Source: a virus
IMG/VR virus record: IMGVR_UViG_3300045988_119787
Coordinates: 1 to 64,000 of that record
Direction: 5' to 3' (one strand)
Length of the DNA: 64,000 bases
Of the stretch, positions 21,001 to 27,874 are shown in pieces (position 1 is the first letter of the stretch; each line of letters starts with the position of its first letter). Made by a program: the position numbers and the translations under genes. The notes beneath the pieces are model-generated. The model ran no database searches and was not told the origin of the DNA. It worked only from the letters and a program-made list of their open reading frames with translations.

Positions 21001-24000
21001 CAAGGTAAAGGACGATAAGGAACGCTTCAAAGAAGAGCCTTACGGTCTGACTGATGCTTACGAGTTGACTGCTCAGATGGCAGATTCTAGACAGAGAAAG
21101 GCGATGGACTTGTCTATCTGGGATAGAGTTATGAATGCAGCACACGAATTTGCAAGAAGGGGCGATCGCTCTATCTTGCAGAGAGTGAAGGATGCCATCA
21201 AGAAACTGTTTGAGGTTTCTGACAAGGATAAGATGGATAAGGCTATCAACGACATCATGGATGATTTCAATGAAACCATTGATGATATTTCCATGAATGA
21301 GATTGAACAGGATGGATTCGCCTACAAGGTTACAGACAAGGATGAGCTGGACCGCCTCAACAAGGAAAAGACTTTCAGAATGTATAGCGGAATGCAGGAG
21401 GTGGACGGAAAGTTGTACTCCCCTATGGCTGCGATCATTGACGGAAAGCGTACCGATGCTACCGAGATTGGCGCTTGGATGGGCGCAGACGAGCGACCTG
21501 ACCTTGTGAAGAACGGAAAGTTTACACTTGTGAAGACTGATAAGAATAAGGGTGTTGGCGAGGGTGATGTGCCTGCTGCCTACAATCCTTATATGCACAC
21601 CTCCACTTCTATGATGAACGACCAGTTTACCGGTGCTTACGCTAGAGGCAACATCAAGGTTGTGGAATGGGAGATTCCTGAAAGCGAGAAGACCAGTGGC
21701 TATCGTGCTGAGGGTGCAAAGGATGCTGTGGGTCTTGTACCTTGGCATTCGGGTTCGGTTAATAGTTTGCTGCCGAAGGACAGACAGAGACAGGTGATGT
21801 TGTCACGCTGGAGAAAGGCGGTGAGAGTGGTTCCTGATTCAGAGGTGGCTGAGAGTATCGCAGAACAGTTGAAGGGTACAGGCTTGGCTATCCCTTGGAA
21901 TGTGGTTACTCCTAATCAGGTTAGGGAGTTGGCTAAGCTGGGCGTACCTATCACTACCGTTGAATCGGGAAGACAGGCTCCTGAAACCAAGGAGAAGTTC
22001 TTGCAGCAGATGGCTGAACTGGAACAGGAGTTCCCTCAAGCTAAGTTCGTTAACGTGAAAATGTCAAAGGATGCCTTCAAGGTATGGGGCAAGGACGGAG
22101 GCACCAAGTTCCGCACGGACCATGGAGAAAGTAGCTACCCTACTTCATCGGTTGAGAGCCATGTGGAGAAGGTGGCTCAGAAGACTGGCGCAAAGGTGAA
22201 CATGGTTTCATCAGTTGATGAAATCACCAACAAGGCTGCTAAGGCTGCTATTGAGGAAGGTAGAAAGATTACTGGCTGGTATGACGAGAAGACTGGCGAG
22301 GTACATCTTTATATGCCTAATATCCATGACAGATATACTGCCGAGAAGACTATCTGGCATGAGGTGGTTGGTCACAAGGGAATGAGAGAGTTGTTTGGTG
22401 AAGACCGATTCAACCAGTTCCTTCGTGATGTTTGGTACGACTTGGATAAGCCTGAGAATGCCGAATTGAAGAAGCTGGTGGATGAGGAGAGAAGATACAA
22501 TCCTCTGAATATCTATGATGCCATAGAGGAAGGTATCGCCCGACTCGCCGAGGATGGCAAGGGTGAACCGGGCTTCTGGAATGGTATCAAAAACAAGGTA
22601 TCTGATTTCCTTCATGAAATCGGTTATCGTATTGCTCCTAATACTAAAGATGTGAAGTATCTGCTCTGGTTGAGCAAGAACTTGCAGAAAAATCCGAATG
22701 ACCCTTATTGGAAGCTGAGAGCCGAGGCGGTGAAATTCCGTCTCGACCATGATCGTGTGCCTGCTGTCGTGGCGCATGATGGTATGTTCTACGGAAATGA
22801 CGGTAAGGTCCGCAGTATGGAGAGCATGACCAAGAGCGAATGGAACGAGGCTACAGACGGACAGATTCACTTCCGTACTACCCCATCTGCCGGCACAGCA
22901 CTTGACAGATACCACCGTTCGCTGGATGAGCACGGCTATATGTTCACCGAGAGCTATATGGATAATATGCTTTCGTTGAAGAAGTTGATGAATGCGATTG
23001 TGCCAGATAAGAAGATTGAGGATATTGCTTCTTCGGAGAATCCTTATATACTGCAGAACACCATGCAGGGTGCGATGAGTGATGCGGCTCAGATGTTTGA
23101 GCGCAACGTAATGAAGCCGCTTGACAAGGCGATGGCTGGTGTGCTGGATGCCTTTGATGGCAAGAAGGATGATGAGAAGATTAGAAACTTCAATCTCTAC
23201 ATGATTACCAAGCATGGTTTGGAGCGAAACAGAGTGTTCTTTGTTCGTGACTTCCTTAGACAGATGAGAATGTACGAGAAGAAGAAGCAGGATGCAGACA
23301 TCTTGGAGAACCGCTGGAGTAACGAGAAGGAACGTCTGGATAACGAACTGAATGCTGGTAACATCGACCTGAAGGAGTACTACAGACAGATAGACGAGTT
23401 TATCAACAACGAAATCGACCCAGACTATAAGGCTGGCGAACACGACTATTCGGGTATTCACGCTATACAAGAGGTAGCAAAGTCTTCTGACCCATACGAT
23501 GATGCAGAGGCTATCGCTAGCGTGATGGATTCGGAAGCTAAGATGGAGAGCATCAAGAAGGGAGCTGTGAAGGACTATTGGGATAAGGTGAAGGCTGCAA
23601 CCCAGTATTCGATTGACAGCGACTACAAGAATGGTATCATCAGCAAGGAGTTGCACGGTCATGTATCTAATATGTTCAACTGGTATGTGCCTTTGAGAAA
23701 GTATGATGAGGCTACTGCAGAAGATACTTATGGCTACATTACTGAGCAGGGAGACCCGAAGAGTTACATCGGAAGCACCATCATGAGAGCAAGAGGACAC
23801 AAATATCTGAGTGAGACAAATGTGCTGGCGCAGATTGGTGCGATGGGTAACAGAGCTATCAAGAACGGCGGTATGAATGCTATCCGTCAGGCTTTCGCAA
23901 GATTCGCGCGAAATAATTCGGGCAATAATCTGATTACAGAAACGAGTGTATGGTATGAGAAGGACCCAATGACCGGTATTGTTTATGAGCGCTATCCTGA

Positions 24001-26107
24001 TATTCCTGAGGACGCTACACCAGACGAAATCAACCAGATAGTTGCAGACTTCAATACAGACATGAAGGCAAAGGCTGCACAGGGCTTGGCATCGAAGGTT
24101 TACCGCAGGGGCAGTATCGGCTATAAGTTCCAAAGAGCTGAGAATAAATCACAGCATATCGTAGACGTGAAGATTGCCGGCAAGACTCATTCTTTTGTTA
24201 TCAACGGAAATCCCAGAGCAGCGCAGGCATTGAATGGGTTGCTGGAGAACTCTAGCGCCAAGGGATTCATGAAACCTTTGAGCACTATTTCTAGAATGAT
24301 GGCACAGCTCTGTACTTCATACAACCCTGAGTTCGTGATGAGAAACGCCTTCCGTGATGCTGAGTTTGCTTCGAGCAACGTTACATCGAAGGAAGGTGCA
24401 AGATACGGGGCACTCTGGGCTAAGTACTACGCACAGCTGGGTCTGTATAAGGGCGCATCGAATATCAGCTTGAAGGATTTCAGCGGTTCTACGGGTTTGG
24501 GATTGTTCGCAAAGTATCGTAACGGCACACTTGATATTTCTGACAAGGTTCAGAGATACTTCAAGGAGTTCATGGAGAACGGCGGTGAGACTGGTTGGGT
24601 TCAGATCAAGAACATGAAGGATTGGACCAAGGAATACAAGAAAGACGTGAAGGACGAAAGAAGCAAGCTGAACAAGGGCGGTGAACTGGTACGTGATTTC
24701 TTCTTCGGTAACTTGGAGAACGTGAATGAGGTGGCAGAGAATATCGCCCGATTCACTACTTACTGTACGAGTCGTGATTATGGACGTTCCGTTATCCGCT
24801 CTGTCTATGATGCCAAGGAAGTATCTACCAACTTCAACCGTCATGGTAGCGGTGATGCCGTCAAGAGTTTCAAGAACGGTGAAATGACTGGAACCAAGGC
24901 TGCAAGAAGATGGGCATACGGATTTACTTCCGGCTATCTCAGACACTGCTCTATGTTCTTCAACGCTGGTATTCAGAGTACGAACCTTCTTGCGAAGAAC
25001 TTGAAGAATCATCCTGTAGGAACTTCCATCAACATGCTTGCCATTCCTTTTGCACTCGGTGCGCTGGCTGCACTTGGAAACAATGTGCTGATTGCGAGTG
25101 AGGACGAAAAGGACAGAAAGGGAGTGAAGGACCCATACGGTGAACTGCCTGACTACGTGAGAAGGAACAATCTCTGTATCTACAAGGGAGGCGGTCAGTT
25201 TATCACGATTCCGCTTGCCATCGAGTTAAGAGCTTTCTATGGCTTGGGTGACTTGGCTGCAGGCTTGACCTTCTCGCCAAACGTGAGCGGACAGAAGAAT
25301 CCTTACTTAGATGCCGTGGGCTGTATGTCGCAGCTGGTTCCTGTGATGGACTATCTCGGTAACTCTTCGGCAGGCAAAGAACCGATTAACGAGACCATCA
25401 AGGCTATCTCTCCTTCTGCCCTATCTCCATTCGTTGAATGGGAGTTAAATACCGACTGGAAGGGTGCGCCTATTGAGAGACGTGGCGACTGGAACGAAAA
25501 TTCCCCTGCTTGGCAGAGAGCCTACAAGGGTATTCCTGACGGTTATATGGCTGTAAACAAATGGGTGAATGCCCAGACAAACGATGTAGCCAAGGGTAAC
25601 GAGGATATGCTGGGTAATAGTTTCCTGGATATGGTAACGAACCCTAGTATGCTGAATCATTACATCGGCGGTCTTGGCGGTGGTGCTGCTACCTTTACTG
25701 AGCGTGCTATTGGTGTTGTGAAGCATGGAAATGATACGGAAACCAAGGATATTCCTTTCCTTCGCTCCCTACTCTATACGCCTAGCGAGCAAAGCAGCTT
25801 GCAGAGAACCAAGAGCAAGTGGTATAACTACAAGGACGAAATGGAAAAGACCATGGCAAATGTGGACCGTCTGAAATCCAAGAACGTTCCGATTGATAAG
25901 AGAATCACGAATATTGGGGAATATTATCACTTCCAAAACTCCAAGGAAGCTGCCAAGGTGAGAGTAATCGAGCTGGCAGAGAAACAGATGAAGCGCTGGA
26001 AGAAGATGAGGGATAAGGCTAGCGATACAGAAAGCATCAACTTCGCTAATCAGAATATTGATAGGATCATGATGGATGCGGTGGACGAACTGGATAGACT
26101 GGAATAA
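9038..26107 (+). CDS. Giant polyvalent protein (5,689 aa): ParB-like + N6-adenine MTase + strawberry-notch/DarB-type SF2 helicase + two zincin-like sites + large uncharacterised C-terminal region
   Basis: A single uninterrupted 17,070-nt ORF. Motifs are listed as separate features below. A terminator follows directly. Confidence 0.9.
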   Translation: MAGDKFDQLYNALKADGAVSGTREHFRQFVYAPGKQGYHNRKQLYDALHADGAVSSNSYEEFAQRLGLHAVNPKPQQKPIEQQKPMTTSQRAQKVAAQYKQQRQQPQRPQQPSTATASGTDYMKNWQLMHMRNYQMNPMQQAQASNMRTRMQGAQEQAARQEQQRATPISRSRITSTAKNFNETMQQLSTPEARRARAKQQREDDARAFAQYEVEGNNFAQNDGKYGTIAPEIDSLVAPSMEEADNLSWSQYQQALKNAGNDAYLRNKAWKDLQDNRIKNRQNVLADTLSSKLQEIYSQKGLQEHILQSAEKLNMGVEEYVDKYVTPQMMQRAQNILGVKNIEEILPQSATEYVVRRLSDSILGTLSAGQDKSREQIAREQEAMAIADGLEEMPTVNGYKANEGYKSGMGARFVSTAANMAMDSPILGMTGSASNLTVDLGKQVLMKGLAKAGVVKMGAKLTAQQLAFKAANMTMAQKIASGLVDGTAKSALNLGGYSSITAALGQASTGDDTSLSALGQAALGGFEHGATTGAMFGVSGAIMAPWVSKFGITGLEKSTGEKWLHGTQKLGATAAGLGVEAGTMMVADNITGDKDISFGTWLEDVVMVGAFKAGEPKNYAHIGNALYNLTHNSGGNFVIGKNTNGSPIAVDIRLTPDEKNELISSASGKNLMDAFVKVDRASKTAPRDSKYKTAYTDFMNDPDVSQSTKEKVNAAMGLFNTTRGKSYRSVNDVKNKQILEYTKNGTLLTRTSYKNADERRAILYKQKLYRDNDDMMSLIGYSKMKDMQLTDEDGNVTSLALGFLRNNGYDTSKDVTDPINAQLINDLRNPKSALYLDWEKYVDVYGSYGDLKVESADVVGGFMDTLKKMINDKGNMTVDIDNIMRKDPMKRTDQENKIFYYVKKALEDELFPSWRPHADQSASQGKTVAEEHSLGTDDPDSGVVVDELRNLRNAEQALDAAMDSNDVFKQTFEKLHQQGLTPAQIYDALIQNGLTQEELTPLAQYINANARVQGMQQATADVIEENVKSFISDWSYHGTLNGQAMNGEQALYVQDSNGRTLLVGSGDVAFDQTTGRAKEGSGDMLVCFDPNTREMVYVKADEVTLFQNQPIDQFAAEYRQRLQMKNSEPYNQAAQEQAMQDAAKPQQEQEAPQDNTTKSEDNTTKEGDLTKDDTTLTKVNTTSGKDNTTNENLAPQEQPQPSRKFADGSDVPMATDSKGRPTPDYEKMTPEQSAEILTEDFGDNAEKVVDGQIQKAEKALKDAEKMKVDYTAEPNDIMEQETLKNQTIEAAKKQLDHAQNIKKAMTAKKVAETVGKTEQTEGAHEAGSVAAQKFVNAPRLIGNKRTRMLPDGETKIKGHYEIVPAESLTPSHDVNNGYKKSEGFPTDAEGRTVNDRDYEHDKAAQQNTDQIARKYNGMAIEQVPVVSDEGIVYDGNGRTMAGQKAAKEGTDAEYINDLLENAENFGFTREQIEQSGIEHPRLVMVTDERLPYDAATFAKFNRNEKKTQSNTEQAVAKAKTLTSDEVGAIVAEIEGNGSLDAFFNNSKAINDLVKTLVDKGIIGQNEVAQMMDSPERLSAQGREYVKNLLLGSIFKPETIRMLGIDSTVKNKAINAIRSVMDNMKLGEFSLRDEIDQAIQLLYEARRGGNKVDTLLRTPSMFGEDAAKRYSSISQMMALALEGKVSDFRDLLDEYNRIAAARNTGEGDVFGEAPTKPELIKEFMDFKKWQDYGTGHSENERGNDVSGIEEPQQEASGGNEPAEAERPRVEEPEVGSLPLLPKEENPDPQFNPIEAAAAEFKKEHPLTEEEIMKADVDDLSKDMALDYQNGEVTDDLHRAIYESIYAKRKGLKAEPKVETPKSEPSADPMEAFKNAAEGFEKEKKGKAEQPKKPQQTADDAAVAASNKKVNDLWDMLKNAGKDEMSASFVGLNSRQLEVLPKLVSAMAENAYLRIKRGMHNLEDVVKEMRKEFAPASKIFKKEDVDAIYEQMMNIRYRDGEQRMSLKEWADYYEKTSPKHQENLVGDSKSAEERKMAEKKFIDVVNLQLGFKHKFNGIVELRKIAERLGLKDIKDTDLQELAETAIVKRARGIASSESTNNAEKFKRIKTLYENQPSLNQRDSERVMKQQYSTPAPYAFLADMYVKGNGKVIESALEPSAGNGMLTIGLPKDKVHVNDIDDTRLLNLNRQGFGKVTSQDGTQPFNVKPVDIVITNPPFGSATPKEYDGYKISSLEGQMAINALESMKDDGRAAIIIGGKTEYAKNGSLNPKDKAFLGYLYSHYNVEDVINVDGGLYAKQGTSYPTRIILINGRRLDENAFPPVKDKARAEAVKDYDELYKRIEDDILRGERMDSSIGGETRSAQPELDKQGAAGTPKERVRAGERGGSKPDGERESDLFDSTSVSGTHDDLENQRGTEPREDGGLSGGDTGTDRTGTEPSQSEGATAGTNEQRGAGSGGAGRNDAQPSTDEPASAGSGSGPRGQLQRVDKSVRGLSTEKVTYTPKSGNPFTLKAVMPADQQEAVNKNLEKLGDADQFLVDELGYNDKDDLYSHLAAEQVDSVALALQQAKKGNAFIIGDMTGIGKGRQAASLIRYAKKQGQVPVYFTKTAGLLSDVYRDLVDIGSPELRPFVFGSAKEAAITDSDGNVVFSLPSKSEVKRVLDYIEKNGKLPEEYDYVLTTYSQVSNGVYEFDEDGNRKERKLAKGKSFGAAALSGQKRRDAIEKLMGNAYLILDESHTAGGNSGQGNYFQHIIQKAKNVTFFSATFAKRPDNMPIYALRTAMNEGGMKSSDLIDAVKRGGATLQEIMSQTLTQCGQMIRRERDMTGVTIDWKAIDDPERVKEQREQYDSIIGLFNDIINFQKKYVSSYVDERNIELADIQSTMDIKKGTESLGIKNQPFASKAFNTVQQVLLSLKAKSAAERAIDYLKQGMKPVIALNNTNESQTGNLALGEEMDAPDLGTSLKKGLEGTLRYTQKDAKDNSESGYFKLEDLGEEAVKAYHELEKKIEQTSTGLSLSPIDVIKNELQKAGYKVGELTGRQTEFVYNDNGTVTKVKRADTDKKKLARDFNDGKIDALILNKSAATGISLHASSKYKDQKKRVMIVAQQQLDVNDEVQMRGRIDRTGQVARGAYEYVVSLIPAEQRLLMMFKAKLKSLDANTTSSQKSKFNEMEVADITNKYGDKVVKEYMAEHLDLYARMADPFGWEKTYGDDLSRINPQNLVVSGGGVGDGEAGADASKLLGRMALLRVNEQEKMLQEIGELYANEIQRLNEMGENDLEITELPLKAKTIHKEVWKQGAEPGGDNAFADNTYIEKVNMAILKKPMKASEVKASQEGLTGGKTWDEYKTEKKTAVKEYFGQKIANETQRYEERAVKAATKAKEKYIKDGKKGQEKSGMTDEQIEKNAEYQYETIYKQEKDKLDDVVKNLKEKAEMFDRVLDTFDTNQTFVLPTDMNNPNELSGFGNSYGRLIDIKITDNFSPNASSVSFATLDGRRKITFPIAGKVGAGENKADIIGAIDNMTKQAIGMGDSHLRVLNQNFDNWDRLTSNESRKNGYIVTGNLMQALVDSKDQGLGGQLVKYTTDTGEVKTGILMPDRFDPKGLTTDAPINSVTEKFELSSWHGGIDEVTSSDGEVKVKRIDNNRGYFYELRVPKSKAKGGKYFMDEDLLKLVNGNNFETRGNNMLAEFKPEQLKPVLDRLSKMGVKVQEERKTSEDEGTHFREDRGLQYSKTDTKDVKKGRIIPEDVDKNVSSQIEKKFDSTIKDIEEHTEDRDKSLFADNLESALDEFSDLGRSVIEYYKNDYERKVEKLSGQHTGGHLGGKNDGKGNKGSYLLQYYKTVLAVADRELAYRDARAKNLRETWGLQPGGAFTLGAVERIFKETNRDKGKAELFQRVLDINKRLGVNIKVSAESPKKRSGEADTNRNIDLYIDGLTKTMAPDYAAPTIMLHEMIHEVTMGAINLVKKGKAEGILTPKQIEGVKTILKIYDKVKDDKERFKEEPYGLTDAYELTAQMADSRQRKAMDLSIWDRVMNAAHEFARRGDRSILQRVKDAIKKLFEVSDKDKMDKAINDIMDDFNETIDDISMNEIEQDGFAYKVTDKDELDRLNKEKTFRMYSGMQEVDGKLYSPMAAIIDGKRTDATEIGAWMGADERPDLVKNGKFTLVKTDKNKGVGEGDVPAAYNPYMHTSTSMMNDQFTGAYARGNIKVVEWEIPESEKTSGYRAEGAKDAVGLVPWHSGSVNSLLPKDRQRQVMLSRWRKAVRVVPDSEVAESIAEQLKGTGLAIPWNVVTPNQVRELAKLGVPITTVESGRQAPETKEKFLQQMAELEQEFPQAKFVNVKMSKDAFKVWGKDGGTKFRTDHGESSYPTSSVESHVEKVAQKTGAKVNMVSSVDEITNKAAKAAIEEGRKITGWYDEKTGEVHLYMPNIHDRYTAEKTIWHEVVGHKGMRELFGEDRFNQFLRDVWYDLDKPENAELKKLVDEERRYNPLNIYDAIEEGIARLAEDGKGEPGFWNGIKNKVSDFLHEIGYRIAPNTKDVKYLLWLSKNLQKNPNDPYWKLRAEAVKFRLDHDRVPAVVAHDGMFYGNDGKVRSMESMTKSEWNEATDGQIHFRTTPSAGTALDRYHRSLDEHGYMFTESYMDNMLSLKKLMNAIVPDKKIEDIASSENPYILQNTMQGAMSDAAQMFERNVMKPLDKAMAGVLDAFDGKKDDEKIRNFNLYMITKHGLERNRVFFVRDFLRQMRMYEKKKQDADILENRWSNEKERLDNELNAGNIDLKEYYRQIDEFINNEIDPDYKAGEHDYSGIHAIQEVAKSSDPYDDAEAIASVMDSEAKMESIKKGAVKDYWDKVKAATQYSIDSDYKNGIISKELHGHVSNMFNWYVPLRKYDEATAEDTYGYITEQGDPKSYIGSTIMRARGHKYLSETNVLAQIGAMGNRAIKNGGMNAIRQAFARFARNNSGNNLITETSVWYEKDPMTGIVYERYPDIPEDATPDEINQIVADFNTDMKAKAAQGLASKVYRRGSIGYKFQRAENKSQHIVDVKIAGKTHSFVINGNPRAAQALNGLLENSSAKGFMKPLSTISRMMAQLCTSYNPEFVMRNAFRDAEFASSNVTSKEGARYGALWAKYYAQLGLYKGASNISLKDFSGSTGLGLFAKYRNGTLDISDKVQRYFKEFMENGGETGWVQIKNMKDWTKEYKKDVKDERSKLNKGGELVRDFFFGNLENVNEVAENIARFTTYCTSRDYGRSVIRSVYDAKEVSTNFNRHGSGDAVKSFKNGEMTGTKAARRWAYGFTSGYLRHCSMFFNAGIQSTNLLAKNLKNHPVGTSINMLAIPFALGALAALGNNVLIASEDEKDRKGVKDPYGELPDYVRRNNLCIYKGGGQFITIPLAIELRAFYGLGDLAAGLTFSPNVSGQKNPYLDAVGCMSQLVPVMDYLGNSSAGKEPINETIKAISPSALSPFVEWELNTDWKGAPIERRGDWNENSPAWQRAYKGIPDGYMAVNKWVNAQTNDVAKGNEDMLGNSFLDMVTNPSMLNHYIGGLGGGAATFTERAIGVVKHGNDTETKDIPFLRSLLYTPSEQSSLQRTKSKWYNYKDEMEKTMANVDRLKSKNVPIDKRITNIGEYYHFQNSKEAAKVRVIELAEKQMKRWKKMRDKASDTESINFANQNIDRIMMDAVDELDRLE
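13112..13354 (+). other. ParB/sulfiredoxin-like module within the giant ORF
   Basis: HYEIVPAESLTPSHD ... VVSDEGIVYDGNGRTMAG resembles the ParB N-terminal-domain pattern, with the DGNGRT box at 13337-13354. Confidence 0.5.
15500..15685 (+). other. N6-adenine DNA methyltransferase core motifs within the giant ORF
   Basis: Motif I LEPSAGNG (15500-15520) and motif IV NPPF (15674-15685), 58 aa apart as in gamma-class enzymes such as M.TaqI. Confidence 0.8.
16763..18412 (+). other. SF2 helicase (strawberry-notch-like) core within the giant ORF
   Basis: GDMTGIGKGRQ (16763-16795), LILDESH (DESH at 17234-17245), FFSATF, LILNKSAATGISLH, QMRGRIDRTGQ (18380-18412). Confidence 0.8.
20882..20899 (+). other. 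HExxH zincin motif (HEMIHE) within the giant ORF
   Basis: Context APTIMLHEMIHEVTMGAIN. Confidence 0.55.
22358..22375 (+). other. HExxGH zincin-like motif (HEVVGH) within the giant ORF
   Basis: Context AEKTIWHEVVGHKGMRELFG. The spacing is that of M49/DPP-III-type sites, not canonical HExxH. Confidence 0.4.
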
Positions 26108-26117
26108 TATAAAAAAG

Positions 26118-26146
26118 GGAGTGGGCTTAGTGCTCACTCCTTCTTT
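26118..26146 (+). terminator. Rho-independent terminator after the giant ORF; a second perfect 8-bp hairpin lies at 26149-26167
   Basis: GGAGTGGGC-ttagt-GCTCACTCC followed by TTCTTT, then CTCAGCAT-aga-ATGCTGAG. Lies between convergent operons. Confidence 0.65.
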
Positions 26147-26176
26147 GACTCAGCATAGAATGCTGAGGAACGGGGG

Positions 26177-26563
26177 CTAGAGGGGGCTTTTCTTGCTTGT
26201 GGCGGCTTGACAGAGGGAGCCTAGGAGGTAGCAGGGTTCTTCGGTGTTCATATTTATTAGGAACTGCTCGGATATGTGCTGAACTACATGGAGCATTTCG
26301 TGGGTGAGGCTGTTTGTATATTCCCCTTTTGAGGTGGTCCGGCCTATTACTACTATCGTTTTTCTGGTTTCTATGTTGGAATAGGTTATCCCTTTGTTTG
26401 CTTCGCCTTCGAGCACGAGATTACAGGCATCTTCGAGAGGAATGCCTGTGCATCCCAAATCCCGAAGATGCCTTCTTACCTTCATGGCATCCTTTGAGTG
26501 AACATCATACATCACATGTACCATCCAGTCATACCTTTCCAAGTAAATCTCCTGCTCTGTCAT
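26177..26563 (-). CDS. Small HExxH protein (128 aa), putative zincin-like metallopeptidase
   Basis: Motif THEMLHVVQH. Last gene of the six-gene leftward operon. Confidence 0.45.
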   Translation of the reverse strand: MTEQEIYLERYDWMVHVMYDVHSKDAMKVRRHLRDLGCTGIPLEDACNLVLEGEANKGITYSNIETRKTIVVIGRTTSKGEYTNSLTHEMLHVVQHISEQFLINMNTEEPCYLLGSLCQAATSKKSPL

Positions 26564-26566
26564 ATT

Positions 26567-26980
26567 TTACAAAATGTCTTCCCAAGGAATGCCAATACCA
26601 TTGAACGATGTATCTGCATAGAAGCGGTTGAAGATGAAACCGTCCTGCTGATCCTCATCATCTACGTAGTCTTTGATGAACTGGGCCATTTGCTTTTCCT
26701 CCGTGATAGACGAACCGTAAAAATCAGCCAGGCACATGTGTGCGATGTAAACCGCATCGTAGCCCACATTATTCTCCAGCACGATATTGTTCTTCTTCAA
26801 GATGTCCTCAATATCATCCTTGCTCATCATGCGGATAGGCTTACCGTTCTTCCGCATCTGCTTAACTGCCCACTCACACATCTTCTTATTGAAGTGCCAG
26901 CCGTTGTATCTCAGGTAAGCCTTCATTTCCTCTGGCTGGTAATCGTAGGCGTTCAAAGATTGTCTGTATTTTCTTTCCAT
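26567..26980 (-). CDS. hypothetical protein (start moved to MERKYRQ)
   Basis: ORF track 26567..27031; 3-nt gap to the downstream ORF. Confidence 0.55.
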   Translation of the reverse strand: MERKYRQSLNAYDYQPEEMKAYLRYNGWHFNKKMCEWAVKQMRKNGKPIRMMSKDDIEDILKKNNIVLENNVGYDAVYIAHMCLADFYGSSITEEKQMAQFIKDYVDDEDQQDGFIFNRFYADTSFNGIGIPWEDIL

Positions 26981-27036
26981 AATCTCAATCAATTTAAGAA
27001 AGGGGTATGCCCACTTTTGAGCACACCCCAAACTAG

Positions 27037-27312
27037 TTAGTAATCTTCTCCGTAATCACTTCTGTAATCACGTCCACGGTCTTCACGTTGGCGCATGTCG
27101 TCGTACTCTTCATGCTCTCGCATACCGCTTCTACCTCCACGACCTCTATAATCGGGCATGCGGTTGCGCTCGCCGTATCGGTCACGTCTACCTTCACGCT
27201 TCATTTCATTAAGGCAGCTCATAGCCTTGCCAAAGTAGCGCAATCCCTTCTCCACGTTCTCATACAAGCCATCAAACTTGTCTTCTGTAATCTCAACCAT
27301 TATCATAATCAT
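27037..27312 (-). CDS. Small protein with an Arg/Gly/Asp-rich (RGG-like) C-terminal tail
   Basis: ORF track 27037..27372. Tail sequence DRYGERNRMPDYRGRGGRSGMREHEEYDDMRQREDRGRDYRSDYGEDY. Start set at MIMIMVEI to avoid overlap. Confidence 0.45.
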   Translation of the reverse strand: MIMIMVEITEDKFDGLYENVEKGLRYFGKAMSCLNEMKREGRRDRYGERNRMPDYRGRGGRSGMREHEEYDDMRQREDRGRDYRSDYGEDY

Positions 27313-27344
27313 AAGATTTTTTAAGTGAATAGATAGGTAGGAGA

Positions 27345-27845
27345 TTACTTGCTCATGGTCTGCTGGAGCCATCCCATCATCTTGTCAATCTTGCCCTCAA
27401 TGCCTGAAACCTTGCCTTCCAGTTTATTGATTTTCTCGGTCTGTTCCTTCTCCTTGGCTATCTGGGGGTTGAGCTGCAGTAGCATTCCCTCACAAGATTT
27501 AACGACTCTCTCATGGTAATCTACGCTCTCCAGTATCGCCTTGGATTGTCTCAGCATCGCATCGACCTCGGCACTCATGGCTTCCTTGTTGTCGCTCACC
27601 ACAAGGTTCTTGTCGTTGGCTATCTGTCCGTTAGCAGGTAACTGTTTGAAATCCACTTCCTCATCATTGATCTTCACCTTCACATCAACCACAGTTTCCA
27701 TAGGCTGAGGCGTGAAGCCATTATTGAAAGAAGGATATCTCGTCTGAGGGTTGCTCACCGAAACAACCTGACCGATCTTCAAGTTCGGGTTCTCGCCCTT
27801 GTCGAGCACATAGAATAAAGAATTTGTTCTTAAACCTTGAAACAT
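27345..27845 (-). CDS. hypothetical protein (166 aa), beta-rich N-terminus and coiled-coil C-terminus
   Basis: ORF track. Confidence 0.55.
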   Translation of the reverse strand: MFQGLRTNSLFYVLDKGENPNLKIGQVVSVSNPQTRYPSFNNGFTPQPMETVVDVKVKINDEEVDFKQLPANGQIANDKNLVVSDNKEAMSAEVDAMLRQSKAILESVDYHERVVKSCEGMLLQLNPQIAKEKEQTEKINKLEGKVSGIEGKIDKMMGWLQQTMSK

Positions 27846-27874
27846 AATGTAATCTCCTATTATCTATTCTGTTG

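Noticed and set aside
8942-25012. Long antisense or alternate-frame ORFs inside the giant gene (e.g. 8942-9952, 10679-12025, 12662-13474, 18497-19648, 20534-21748, 22211-24133 at 640 aa, 24317-25012)
   Set aside because: Their translations are Leu/Ser/Ile/His/Cys-rich low-complexity strings typical of shadow frames of a strongly biased coding strand. The forward frame carries coherent enzyme motifs throughout.
9038-26107. Interpreting the giant ORF as a crAss-like or N4-like virion RNA polymerase
   Set aside because: I could not find a DxDGD-type polymerase catalytic motif. Clear MTase, SF2 helicase and zincin motifs are present, and the phage is temperate with an integrase.
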